Shown here in pieces: positions 27,958 through 37,761 of a DNA stretch of 50,546 nucleotides (positions are counted from its first letter, which is position 1; every line of letters begins with the position of its first letter). A model generated the notes under the pieces. That model was given only the letters and a program-made list of their open reading frames with translations, did no database searches and had not been told where the DNA came from. Source of the DNA: a virus (taxonomy: Duplodnaviria; Caudoviricetes). The position numbers and the translations under genes are program-made. The stretch lies in IMG/VR virus record IMGVR_UViG_3300021180_000017, positions 1-50,546 of that record; one strand, given 5' to 3'.

Positions 27958-28500
27958 ATGGATTGGTTGTATCGGCATTACCCGGAATTACTTGCGATGA
28001 CGTTGGCGTTAATGGTTGTAGCCGGGGGAGTTTACCTCGATCTGTACAAGCGGAAGGTTCGGAAGGCCTTCAGGAAATTCAAGACATCACTACGGGGAAA
28101 AATCATGACGCGGGAAGAACGGGTACAACACAACAAGACAATACAGGGGGATGCGATATACGAGGCGTTGATGAAACTCGTCGAAGATAACAAGCAAACA
28201 AGATACGACGTCCGACATACACTCCGTCGTCTGGCGAATGTCCTAAATATGCCTGACTTTGTCCCAGTCAAGAACCTCTCGATGGAAAATCTCACGACAG
28301 AAGAATTTGAACTTATTCAAGGCATACTGCGAAGCAAGGCAGAACTCAACAAGCTTCTGTTTGCTAAAAAGAAAACTCCAATTCCGGGTCCTAAGCCGGG
28401 TGAAGTCGATAACGTCATGGTGTTTCCGACTGATACGAAGTATCAACCGGGGAAAAAGAAATTCGGTGGTAATCTTCTAAAGAAAGCCGCCATCGTCTAA
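27958..28500 (+). CDS. Membrane-anchored hypothetical protein
   Basis: AAGGAGG SD, N-terminal TM (LLAMTLALMVVAGGVYL) and a basic body. Confidence 0.8.
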   Translation: MDWLYRHYPELLAMTLALMVVAGGVYLDLYKRKVRKAFRKFKTSLRGKIMTREERVQHNKTIQGDAIYEALMKLVEDNKQTRYDVRHTLRRLANVLNMPDFVPVKNLSMENLTTEEFELIQGILRSKAELNKLLFAKKKTPIPGPKPGEVDNVMVFPTDTKYQPGKKKFGGNLLKKAAIV

Positions 28501-28523
28501 ACTCATGCAATGAGGAACTGAAC

Positions 28524-29975
28524 ATGGCTAAATACGATTACGTGCATGCGTGTAAGCTCGCCGACAAAGAGTTTCCGGATGCATTGCTGGATGCGCTGTT
28601 GAAGGAACACAAGTCCGGCGCGGGTATCGCAGTGATGGGGGCATTCCCTGATTACCTCGGTACTTTCCATCAACTGGTAAGTCCGAGTACAAAGGACGTC
28701 CAGGAACTCCTCGCCGGTCATAAAGACAAATGTTGTGTCTTGTCTTTCGTCCGTGGACCTGACAAGATGGAGGAAAAACAACTCCAACCTTACGTCGGAT
28801 TGTTCGACACCGACGGCAACACGACTCTCGCAGGATTTCTTTCAGGCAATTTCGAATCGAAAGCCAAAGCCGGAGGAGATTCCGCTGAATTACAGGTATG
28901 GACCAGGCTGGTGGTACCTCAAATCCTCCGGACTGCGAAGAACCACGAAGACGACGCCGCTGAGACATACACTGACATGGCGTCAGACCCGGCGACGGCC
29001 GAACTGATGAAGATGTTCTACGACAAAGTCGGGAACATCACGGTTGTCACCAACGAGGGTCTCATCACGTGGGGTGAAGGCAGGACTGATTTTGATTTTG
29101 GTTGGACTACAGATGCGTGTGGATACGCCGAAGCTACTAAGGTCAACGCCGAACCGGCGAAGCCGGCTGACAAGTCAAGCGGTAAACTCAGTGGCTTCGG
29201 GAAATCCCACAAACCTGAAGGACTATCAGAGACACAGAAGACCCATTCGTCTCAGGTGTCTCTTCCAACTCCCAAGGATGCACCGGGAATTACCCCTGCT
29301 GATGAAGAATGGATCTTCTCTTGTCCTCCGTCGGCCTGGACGAAAGACCAGAAACGAAAGTGGTACCTTGAACACAACATATACATTGACGGAAAAGTCC
29401 TCAATGTGGGAGCCGGTATTGTCCCTGAAGGTTACAAGAATTGTCCGAAGGTAAGAATCAAGAAGAGCCAGATCACGGCTCCAGCTTCGGCTCCGATCAA
29501 ATCTCTCCAAGAAATCCCGAAGGACAAGATCGTCACCAACAGCGGACCGGCAGTCACGACGGAACTCGTCCCGATGATTCCGCCGGCAGAGAAACGTTGG
29601 CTGGCTGAGTATTTCCAGAAGAAAGGTCACGTCCAAGGCACTCTCTCTGAAGGGAAATCAATCATCGATCCGAAGAGGATCGAGAAACTCGAAGAGGACT
29701 GGCCGGCGTTTGTCGAGGCTGCCGGTCTCGACAAGACTATCCAGACGATCTTCTTCACCAACGAGGAACGGAACGACATCATCAAGAACGCCCCGATGTC
29801 TGCCCTCGTGGCGTGGCAAGACATATGTCTTGCACACTACAATCTACTGAAAGAAACAGGCCGTCTCGACAAGGAAATCATCAGTCAGACCGCCGTCGAC
29901 GAGAAAACGAAGGCAAGTCTGGCGAAGACTATCCTCGCACCAGCCAAGAAATTCGGCAACTTCGGCAAGAAGTAA
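28524..29975 (+). CDS. Hypothetical protein, N-terminus possibly a degenerate class II glutamine amidotransferase fold
   Basis: 483 aa with GAGGA SD. Weak resemblance only (SGAGIAV, LQPY, LAGFLSGNF, DSAE). Confidence 0.75.
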   Translation: MAKYDYVHACKLADKEFPDALLDALLKEHKSGAGIAVMGAFPDYLGTFHQLVSPSTKDVQELLAGHKDKCCVLSFVRGPDKMEEKQLQPYVGLFDTDGNTTLAGFLSGNFESKAKAGGDSAELQVWTRLVVPQILRTAKNHEDDAAETYTDMASDPATAELMKMFYDKVGNITVVTNEGLITWGEGRTDFDFGWTTDACGYAEATKVNAEPAKPADKSSGKLSGFGKSHKPEGLSETQKTHSSQVSLPTPKDAPGITPADEEWIFSCPPSAWTKDQKRKWYLEHNIYIDGKVLNVGAGIVPEGYKNCPKVRIKKSQITAPASAPIKSLQEIPKDKIVTNSGPAVTTELVPMIPPAEKRWLAEYFQKKGHVQGTLSEGKSIIDPKRIEKLEEDWPAFVEAAGLDKTIQTIFFTNEERNDIIKNAPMSALVAWQDICLAHYNLLKETGRLDKEIISQTAVDEKTKASLAKTILAPAKKFGNFGKK

Positions 29976-30110
29976 TACGAACCGCCCGGTATGGCGATCA
30001 CGCCCGATCGGCGGAGAGCCGGGCTGGTACCTAGCATTAAGCTAGGGGCGGAGACACAGGATGATCCACCGTCCTGATGTCTCCGTCATTAGTTTTTATT
30101 GGAGGATGAA

Positions 30111-30737
30111 ATGTTCTTCTCAAGGAAGGTTAAACATCTCGACGGGGAATTATCCCGATACGGAAAGGCCCGGGTGTATACTCCGGATTTGCCTGAGTTG
30201 GAAAAGAAGATGCGATGTACCGTGTTCGTCTACGACGACATGTTGAAGGGCGGTAAACTCCACGAGTACGTCACCCAGACGAACGTCTCAGGACGTTGGC
30301 CTGTCTTTGCAGGCTATACCGTCGATCCGTTCTACCACTGGAAGAAAGACCTCGGCAACGAAAGCACTTCTGTCGTCCTTGAAGATCAAGTGTCAGGCTT
30401 TCAACGTGATCCAATCAAACCCCATCGAGTATGGGGGGAAGTCTATTCTATCCGTCCTATCCAGCTGGTAAAGCTTGACTTTATCAGGGAGAATGGGTTA
30501 CAATTCTTCCGCAAGCGGGTTGACATCTACGTCCCTAACTATAAACTGATTTATTCCAAACAGAACCCACTGCCTGTCTTGGTTGAACCCGAGAAACAGA
30601 CAGTCGAGGCCTATATGTATGTCGGCAACCATTACTATTGGGACAACCAACTCGCCGGTGTTCTCCCATCAAGTCCTGTCGATACGTCAATTCATTTGAA
30701 AGAAGAAATTGGTACATTCACAAAGTTCAAAGTCTAA
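30111..30737 (+). CDS. Gamma-glutamylcyclotransferase (GGCT/AIG2-like) family protein
   Basis: VFVYDDMLKG (canonical VFVYGTLxxG), VWGEVYSI and VEAYMYVG. GGAGG SD before the ATG at 30111. Confidence 0.7.
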   Translation: MFFSRKVKHLDGELSRYGKARVYTPDLPELEKKMRCTVFVYDDMLKGGKLHEYVTQTNVSGRWPVFAGYTVDPFYHWKKDLGNESTSVVLEDQVSGFQRDPIKPHRVWGEVYSIRPIQLVKLDFIRENGLQFFRKRVDIYVPNYKLIYSKQNPLPVLVEPEKQTVEAYMYVGNHYYWDNQLAGVLPSSPVDTSIHLKEEIGTFTKFKV

Positions 30738-32283
30738 AGTTGTAGAACTCCATCAGCCTTGTCCTAATCCAGATTGCGGCAGCAGTGACGCGTACTGCGA
30801 GTACGACGACGGCCACGGCTGGTGCTTTTCCTGTAATTACTACAAACCTGGAGATAACGATGCTATCGATAACACAAACTATAGTTATCAATACCTCGAT
30901 CATCGCGGGATTGACGCTAACACTTATGCCTTTTACGGTGCGAAAACGAAAGTTAATCCTACTGGCAAACCTGTATCTATTGGTTTTGAATACAGTAATG
31001 GTAGTATTAAAATCCGTCAATTAGATAAGAAAGCGTTTCATTCTGTCGGAGACATCGGAAAGGCAGGACTGTATGGCAAAAACAAATTCCCAGCAGGAAG
31101 TGCGAGGTACATCACAGTCACAGAAGGAGAACATGATGCGCACAGTCTGTATCAGGTCCTTAAAGCACCTGTCGTTTCTGTTCAATCTAGTGTTACTGCT
31201 GTCCGTGATTGCTCTATTGACAGAGCCTACCTTAACTCATTCGAACGGATATATCTCGCTTTCGATAACGACACTCAAGGTCGAGAGGCTTGTAGGCAAG
31301 TTGCAAGACTTTTTGACTTTAACAAAATCTATGTGGTCAGACTTTCGCCACTGAAGGATGCCAACGATTGGGTTCAGGCGGGTAAGTCCGAAGAGTTAAA
31401 GAAGATATGGTGGAACTCCAAGAAGTATCTACCAGAAACGGTGATATCTTCTTTCTACGAATTTGAGAATATTCTCAAGGAAGAACCTCAGTACGGTATT
31501 CCGTATCCGTTTCCGACCCTGAACCATATGACGTATGGCATCAGACGTGGGGAATCAGTCCTGTTGACTGCCCAAGAAGGTGTCGGCAAGACTGAGATAA
31601 TGCACACGATAGAGCATCAAATCTTGAAGGAGACGAAAGATGCACTGGCGGCAATCTATCTCGAAGAGCCTAAACGGCGACATCTTCAAGCCCTTGCTGG
31701 GATTGAACTTCGCCGACCTATCCACCTTCCCGAGTATGATCCAGGAGTGGGTGAAGTCTACCGTACTCTCACGGAAGTTGTGGGAGTGGATGACCGGCTT
31801 CACGTTTACTCTCACTTTGGGAGCGACGATCCAGAAATACTCCTCGACACAATCAGATTCTTGGTTTCAGCCCGCAATTGCTACTACGTTCTGTTTGACC
31901 ACATTTCAATGGCTGTTAGCGGTCTGGGGGGCGAGGATGAACGCAAAGCCCTCGACTACCTCTCAACCAGACTTGAAATGATGGTGAAGGAGTTGAACTT
32001 CGCACTGATATTCGTGAGCCATGTGAATGATTTAGGCCAGACCCGTGGCTCACGGAACATCGCTAAGGTCGCAGATATCCGTATAGATGCAGTCCGAGAC
32101 CTTATAAATCCTGATCCTGTCATCAGAAATACGACTAAACTGACAATCAGTAAGAATAGATTTAGTGGTAAAACCGGACCAGCCGGCAATCTACTATTCG
32201 ATCCGGCGACTTACACGTTATCTGAATTCACAGGGGAACCAGCAAATGACAACTCAATCGCAAGAAGCAGCAGAGTTGCGTAG
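30709..32283 (+). CDS. T7 gp4-like DNA primase/helicase
   Basis: Zn finger CPNPDCGSSDA...CFSC, TOPRIM TEGEHDA/FDND, Walker A AQEGVGKT, plus VLFDHIS, VSHV, TRGS and KNRFSGKTG. Confidence 0.95.
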   Translation: MVHSQSSKSKVVELHQPCPNPDCGSSDAYCEYDDGHGWCFSCNYYKPGDNDAIDNTNYSYQYLDHRGIDANTYAFYGAKTKVNPTGKPVSIGFEYSNGSIKIRQLDKKAFHSVGDIGKAGLYGKNKFPAGSARYITVTEGEHDAHSLYQVLKAPVVSVQSSVTAVRDCSIDRAYLNSFERIYLAFDNDTQGREACRQVARLFDFNKIYVVRLSPLKDANDWVQAGKSEELKKIWWNSKKYLPETVISSFYEFENILKEEPQYGIPYPFPTLNHMTYGIRRGESVLLTAQEGVGKTEIMHTIEHQILKETKDALAAIYLEEPKRRHLQALAGIELRRPIHLPEYDPGVGEVYRTLTEVVGVDDRLHVYSHFGSDDPEILLDTIRFLVSARNCYYVLFDHISMAVSGLGGEDERKALDYLSTRLEMMVKELNFALIFVSHVNDLGQTRGSRNIAKVADIRIDAVRDLINPDPVIRNTTKLTISKNRFSGKTGPAGNLLFDPATYTLSEFTGEPANDNSIARSSRVA

Positions 32284-32512
32284 ATGGTGGCGTGAACGTG
32301 ATAGTATTTGGGGGTATGTCTACTGCGACCCGAATGGCATCTGGGAAGACGGAGACCTCGGGGCATTCAAGATTGTAAATCTAATAGATTGTGGACAATT
32401 CTTTGTCCTTTCCTCACTAGGAAGAACTGTCCTAAAGTTAAATAAACAAGAAGAAAATCATGTCAAAACTAAGCAATTCAAAGATCGCTTCAATACTCGA
32501 TCGGATAACTGA
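32246..32512 (+). CDS. Hypothetical protein
   Basis: From MTTQSQEAAELRRWW, with AGGGG upstream. Confidence 0.5.
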   Translation: MTTQSQEAAELRRWWRERDSIWGYVYCDPNGIWEDGDLGAFKIVNLIDCGQFFVLSSLGRTVLKLNKQEENHVKTKQFKDRFNTRSDN

Positions 32513-32628
32513 AGGCGGCGGATACGACAAGATAGCCGAAGATGTGAAATGTTCTCCCGCGACGATAATGAAGTTAGTAAAGGATTATCCTCTTTGGGCA
32601 TACCTCCGTAAACCGAAGGATTTTCACT

Positions 32629-32862
32629 ATGACTGAGAAACTCCGCTACAAATGTAAGTTGTACAATTTCAGAGCAGTCGGTCCTGGACGATTCATCGCT
32701 CAAATCCAACGGTTAGAACCACATAAATTGTTGGGAGAACCAAGGATGGTTAACATCTGTTTTGGTAATCATCTTCAGTTTACTACCACCTCACTGGTAA
32801 CTAGGATTGATTTAGAAAAACGGGAATTCGAGACATTAAACAGCATTTATTGGTATGACTAG
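32629..32862 (+). CDS. Hypothetical protein
   Basis: AAGGA SD and C-terminal TTSLVTRID...FETLNSIY motif, recalled from small phage proteins. Confidence 0.65.
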   Translation: MTEKLRYKCKLYNFRAVGPGRFIAQIQRLEPHKLLGEPRMVNICFGNHLQFTTTSLVTRIDLEKREFETLNSIYWYD

Positions 32863-32928
32863 GAAATGTACCTGAATTGAAAAATAACGCACCAGCGGGC
32901 TTCTAATTCAATCCTGGGGGTATTATAA

Positions 32929-33438
32929 ATGCTATATGACTTCGGGGAAATCTTCGCAAATAAAGAGGATTTTCTTGATTGGAAAGACTTCTGCTATCAC
33001 GTAGCGAAAGACCATACTTACCGAGAAGTCTCGAGTAAATTTTTAGATAAGCTGGATGCATTCCAGGCTTGGAGAAATCAAATGAAAGACGAAGCCCCCG
33101 CCGAGGAAAAGATCGACGAGATCGATCCTAGGAAGGCGAATGTCATCCCTTTTGAACCCAAGCTTGCACTCTTGACGGGAGGTCGAGGAACAGGAGACGG
33201 GACGTGGCTGATGTCTCTCGAAGAAGGTGCAGTCTTCGTCTCTAAACAAAAGAAAGACATTTCCCCGTTGGCTGAGCAGTGGCACGTCTCCATCAAATGG
33301 AAGAAATCAGTAGTTTTGTACAGTAATTTCCCCCATAAGGGAGAAGTCTACATCTTAGTCGATGCCAAGTCGTTTTCAGAACAGAACGAATTGATTGAAA
33401 TCCTCCAAGAGAGGAAACAGGAGATACAGTATGACTGA
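32929..33438 (+). CDS. Hypothetical protein
   Basis: 169 aa on the coding strand. Confidence 0.7.
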   Translation: MLYDFGEIFANKEDFLDWKDFCYHVAKDHTYREVSSKFLDKLDAFQAWRNQMKDEAPAEEKIDEIDPRKANVIPFEPKLALLTGGRGTGDGTWLMSLEEGAVFVSKQKKDISPLAEQWHVSIKWKKSVVLYSNFPHKGEVYILVDAKSFSEQNELIEILQERKQEIQYD

Positions 33439-33736
33439 ATTCGGTGGAAATCTAAAGAAACAAACGGAAGAACCTGAACTTCATGATTACTCTGAACATG
33501 ATGAAACTGTAGCTGAGATATCTCAAAAACCCATAAAGAAAACAGCCAGTATTAGTTTCACGATTTCCGGTGAGGACGTCGACAAAATTGATTGGTATGA
33601 ATGGCTAAGAGATGTTCAACAAGAAAGTAAATTTTGTATTGAACGCGGAGTAGTCAATATCGGATATTCAGAATGGATAGAAAAAACAATAGATTTAAAG
33701 GATAATAGTGACCGAAATTATTTATTTAAGAAATAA
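33431..33736 (+). CDS. Hypothetical acidic protein
   Basis: AGGAG SD before MTEFGGNLKK. Confidence 0.6.
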   Translation: MTEFGGNLKKQTEEPELHDYSEHDETVAEISQKPIKKTASISFTISGEDVDKIDWYEWLRDVQQESKFCIERGVVNIGYSEWIEKTIDLKDNSDRNYLFKK

Positions 33737-34207
33737 AGACGATACCCGGACGATGAATAATCTTCGACTAAGTATCGAGTTCTACAAGGAGAATAACACA
33801 GACGGTCGGTACGACAGAGCTTTACAAAAGGAAACCAAGATGTTAGAGTGGTACCGGTCTAACATCCAGAGAGAAGCAGCATGAAAATTCTATCAAAGAT
33901 TATCCAGTATACAGCCATCGTTGGATGGATGTTCATAGGGTTGTTGTACCTGACAGACCATCTCAGGGCGTATTCGATATTCTCTAAGTATGTCATATTC
34001 ATAGATTAGCCAATACTGGCAAAGGAGAGCACCATGAGGACTGTCGTCGCTATCTGTCTAGTCGCAGGGGTCTTGTTCGTCGGAGCAACATCCATCAACA
34101 AAGCCTTCTACGACTGCAAAATCGACCATCTCCCGTGTATCGAGTTCAAGTCGGTGAAGTCGCCGGCGTAAATATTGGCCCCGGTGACGGGGCCTCTTAG
34201 GTGGTAA

Positions 34208-36172
34208 TTGAAGATAGCATTAGACATCGAGACTGATTCCCTTCATAACCCGACTAACATCTGGTGTGTCGTCTGTAAAGACCTAGACACAGGTGTGTAC
34301 GAGGTATTCAAAGACATAAAGAAAGACGACAATGAGCGTGAAAGATTTTCTAGGTATATGCAAAGACTACGGGATGAAACCGATAGTGTATGCATCGGGC
34401 ATAACATTCTGGGTTTTGATTGGCCTATCTTATGTTCCGCAGTACAGCTTTGTAACGAAATACTTCCTGTTAAATTTATTGACACGTTAGTCATCTCCAA
34501 GATGGTTGACTTCTCCAGGAAGAAGCACAGCCTTGAAGACTACGGTGTAGAATTCGGACTGAGCAAGATCGACCACAAGGATTTTTCTAAATTAGACGAT
34601 AGATTAATAGAATACTGTAAGAGAGACGTAGATATAACTACCTTAGTTTATACTAAGTATACAAAGTATATAGAAGATAGTAAACATAAGGAAGCTATTA
34701 ACTTAGAGAATAACTTTGTATACTACGTAGTTAATACCTTAGGTAAGAATGGCTTTAGTTTTAACCTAAGTAAAGCTAAGGATATACTTAAGGTAGTAGA
34801 AGAAGATATACTTAAGTTAGATAAGGATATACTTAGGTCTTTTCCTAAGAAACTTAAGCCTATACGCGAGATATTACCGAGAATTACTAAGTACGGCACG
34901 ATATCACTCTCGAATATCCCTCGCGATATGCGCGGTAGAGTCTCCGAACTTACAGCAGGAGTTCCCTTCACGTACTGCAAATGGGTGGAGTTCAACCCGT
35001 CGTCTCATAAACAGATCGTCGATGTCCTGAACGAAGCTGGATGGTCTCCTATAAACAAGACCGACACACACGTCGAGACAGAGAGGGAATTATCCAGAGT
35101 TAGATACGGCAGGCATACTCCTGAAGAGTTGGAATCAATCAAGACTAAGCTGAAGAAGATGGAAGTCTACGGCTGGAAAGTCGACGAGGAAAACCTCGAT
35201 ACTCTCCCACCTACAGCCCCGGCGTCTACACGTACCCTAGCCAGGAGAATACTCCTTGAGTCCCGTAGAAGAACCTTAGTAGAATGGATAGAATTGGTTC
35301 AACCAGACGGTCGAATTCATGGTGAGTTCCAAGGAATTGGAGCCTGGTCTCACAGGATGAGTCATCGCCATCCCAACACGGCTAACATCCCGAACGAACT
35401 AGACACCAACGGGAAGAAGAAACTCCTTGGTAAAGAGTTTCGCCAGTTGTGGCGTGCACCGAAGAATAGACTTCTCGTCGGTGTCGACGCCGAGGGTATT
35501 CAACTCCGTATATTTGCTCATTACATCGACGACAAGGAATTCACTCAGTCGCTCGAACAAGGCAAGAAGGAGGACAAGAGTGACCCCCACAGTCTCAACC
35601 AAAGAATTCTGGGAAGTGTCTGTCGAACTCGACAACAGGCTAAGCGATTTGTATACGCGTTACTCCTCGGAGGAGGTATCGGAAAACTCTCTGCAATACT
35701 GGGTTGTCAACAAGTGGAAGCCGAGGCTGCTCTTGAGCGTCTTCTGGATAGATATACAGGCTTCGCGTATCTTAAGAGAGAAGTTATTCCGAAAGATGCT
35801 AGACGGGGATGGTTTACCGGTCTTGACGGAAGAAGTGTTGCCATACCTGCCGATACGGTTGGAGGGCGGAAGCATCTTGCAATGTCCGGATATCTCCAGA
35901 ACGGAGAGAAGGTCGTTATGGCGAGAGCCACCCTCGAGTGGATACATCGCCTCGGAGATTACGGGGCACTCCTTGTTGATCTCGTCCATGACGAGTGGCA
36001 GATCGAGTGTCCCAACGACGTCAAGGTCGCTACGGAGATTGCGGAAATGGTGTCCGGGAGTCTCCCGAAGGTTGGAAGAGACCTCAAACTGAAATGTAAA
36101 CTCGCGGGGAGTTACTGGAATGACGACCACAAGGATTACACTATCGGTGCCAACTGGTACCAGACGCATTGA
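34208..36172 (+). CDS. DNA polymerase, family A (T7-like, with 3'-5' exonuclease)
   Basis: ExoI LDIETD, ExoII GHNILGFD, ExoIII YCKRDV. Motif A VGVDAEGIQLR, motif B RQQAKRFVYALLLG, motif C VHDE. Confidence 0.96.
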   Translation: MKIALDIETDSLHNPTNIWCVVCKDLDTGVYEVFKDIKKDDNERERFSRYMQRLRDETDSVCIGHNILGFDWPILCSAVQLCNEILPVKFIDTLVISKMVDFSRKKHSLEDYGVEFGLSKIDHKDFSKLDDRLIEYCKRDVDITTLVYTKYTKYIEDSKHKEAINLENNFVYYVVNTLGKNGFSFNLSKAKDILKVVEEDILKLDKDILRSFPKKLKPIREILPRITKYGTISLSNIPRDMRGRVSELTAGVPFTYCKWVEFNPSSHKQIVDVLNEAGWSPINKTDTHVETERELSRVRYGRHTPEELESIKTKLKKMEVYGWKVDEENLDTLPPTAPASTRTLARRILLESRRRTLVEWIELVQPDGRIHGEFQGIGAWSHRMSHRHPNTANIPNELDTNGKKKLLGKEFRQLWRAPKNRLLVGVDAEGIQLRIFAHYIDDKEFTQSLEQGKKEDKSDPHSLNQRILGSVCRTRQQAKRFVYALLLGGGIGKLSAILGCQQVEAEAALERLLDRYTGFAYLKREVIPKDARRGWFTGLDGRSVAIPADTVGGRKHLAMSGYLQNGEKVVMARATLEWIHRLGDYGALLVDLVHDEWQIECPNDVKVATEIAEMVSGSLPKVGRDLKLKCKLAGSYWNDDHKDYTIGANWYQTH

Positions 36173-36393
36173 ATGGAATGGAGAGCCGAATGAAAGACAC
36201 AACAACTGGACGCTTGAAGGACCAGCATGGTGGAGGAGAGTTGAAATGCCCATGCCCGTACTGCCAGAGCCAGGAATACGAGAACATCACGGAGAGGCCT
36301 TACTCAGGTGTTGGTTGTCTCGTAGCGGCAATCTTATTCTTACTGACAGTTTATGGGGGGATGCTCCTGTTTCGTACGTACTGGATTTATTGA
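36169..36393 (+). CDS. Small Zn-ribbon plus TM protein
   Basis: CPYC motif and C-terminal hydrophobic helix. TTGA overlap with the polymerase stop. Confidence 0.5.
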   Translation: MNGMESRMKDTTTGRLKDQHGGGELKCPCPYCQSQEYENITERPYSGVGCLVAAILFLLTVYGGMLLFRTYWIY

Positions 36394-36689
36394 AAGACAA
36401 CGGAATTCATCTGCGATGGCATGACACTGTCGAAGATCGAGGATGTCACAATCATATCCGTGACGTCTACATAACTTCGTCAATACTGGAGAAACTATAT
36501 GTTTAAATGTACAATGTGTAATGGAGTTTTTGAAAGTGATTGGTCTGATGAAGAAGCTAAACAAGAATTAAAAGAAAATTTTGGAGATAATTGTCTGAAG
36601 AAATATTGTAATATTGTTTGTGATGATTGTTATAATATACTTATAAAGGAAATAAAATGCGCGTAATTAACACGTTAGAAACAGACTTG

Positions 36690-36718
36690 TTGCTTTACGG
36701 AGAATGTCGGTGTATAGT
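36690..36718 (+). promoter_or_regulatory. Sigma70-type promoter upstream of SSB and the ncRNA region
   Basis: TTGCTT-N17-TATAGT with TG directly before the -10. Confidence 0.55.
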
Positions 36719-36801
36719 CAAGAACACACCGACGGAATACTGTATCCAACGACTACATCCGTGGTGTAGTGTGGTAGAAATCGAACAAGCATGGAATAGA
36801 C

Positions 36802-36969
36802 ATGACTGCATTTATTGGTAAGATCAAATACGTAATGGAGGAAGATGTATTCGCCGACGCTCTTGATATCGAGGACGCAGAATACAAGATGCAAGAGGCC
36901 TTCATGGAGGACTTCCCTGAAGCCACCTCTATAGAAGTCTTTGATATCGAAGAGGTCAAGAAGAAGTAA
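36802..36969 (+). CDS. Small acidic hypothetical protein (55 aa)
   Basis: MTAFIGKIKYVMEEDVFADALDIEDAE. TAATG overlap with SSB. Confidence 0.55.
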   Translation: MTAFIGKIKYVMEEDVFADALDIEDAEYKMQEAFMEDFPEATSIEVFDIEEVKKK

Positions 36970-37463
36970 TGGCAAAGAAGAGTTACAATGAGTATTTCCA
37001 AGGTAAAGGCAAGTGGATCAAGGTTAACATCCCTGATCCGAAGTTTCGTAAATGGAGTATGCAGCTATATCCTAACGACCAGAGTTTGGATAAGTTTCGT
37101 AAACTCCAAGAAGAAGGTCTCCTTACTCGTCTCAGGAAAGACGAAGAAGGTTATCACTTCATCCTGAGCCGTCATCAGTCAAAAGTAATGAAGGGTGAAC
37201 TCGTCACATTCGGTCCACCTAGATTACTCGACAAAGACGGATCAGTCTTAGAAAATAACCTCAAGATTGGTGATGGTTCAGACTGTACTGCTAAAGTCCA
37301 GGTGTACTATTACAACAAACCTACCGGAGGCCAAGGCGTAGCGATGCGCTGGGAGGCATTGAAGGTAGACAACCTCGTTCCTTACCCGATCGACGATCTT
37401 CCTCCACATGAGTTGGAGCAAGTCCAAGGTTTGAAGGAACAACCACCCGAACAGTTATGGTAA
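36969..37463 (+). CDS. Single-stranded DNA-binding protein (T7 gp2.5-like OB fold)
   Basis: GKGKWIKV, IGDGSDCTAKVQVY and RWEALKVDNLVPY, with an acidic tail ending in an aromatic residue. Downstream of the polymerase. Confidence 0.75.
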   Translation: MAKKSYNEYFQGKGKWIKVNIPDPKFRKWSMQLYPNDQSLDKFRKLQEEGLLTRLRKDEEGYHFILSRHQSKVMKGELVTFGPPRLLDKDGSVLENNLKIGDGSDCTAKVQVYYYNKPTGGQGVAMRWEALKVDNLVPYPIDDLPPHELEQVQGLKEQPPEQLW

Positions 37464-37488
37464 CTGTTCCAATAAGAAAGAACGACCC

Positions 37489-37686
37489 ATGTCTTTTGAT
37501 AAAACTAAACTGTATATGTCCGGCGATGGATATTACAACTCCGAGAAGTTCGCCACTGTAGATGAAGCGTTGAACTCGGCCAAACAAAGATCAGCCCTAA
37601 AATTCGAGGATACCCCGGTCTGGAAGGCCATTCAACTCGTGAATGCCCCAATCCCGAAGGATATCGTCGTCGAATCATTGAGCTGA
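37489..37686 (+). CDS. Small hypothetical protein (paralogue A)
   Basis: FATVDEALNSAKQRS...VWKAIQLV...P.DIVV, similar to the next gene. Confidence 0.7.
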   Translation: MSFDKTKLYMSGDGYYNSEKFATVDEALNSAKQRSALKFEDTPVWKAIQLVNAPIPKDIVVESLS

Positions 37687-37761
37687 ACCATGTCTTGCTG
37701 GAATTGCTTTGACGACTGTGACTGCGATTTATGCTCCAACTACGACTACGAGGAAAAGAAA

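Noticed and set aside
34178-34195. GGCCCCG-GTGA-CGGGGCC hairpin before the polymerase as a terminator
   Set aside because: It lacks a U-tract. It may be a stability or translational element, but there is no further support.
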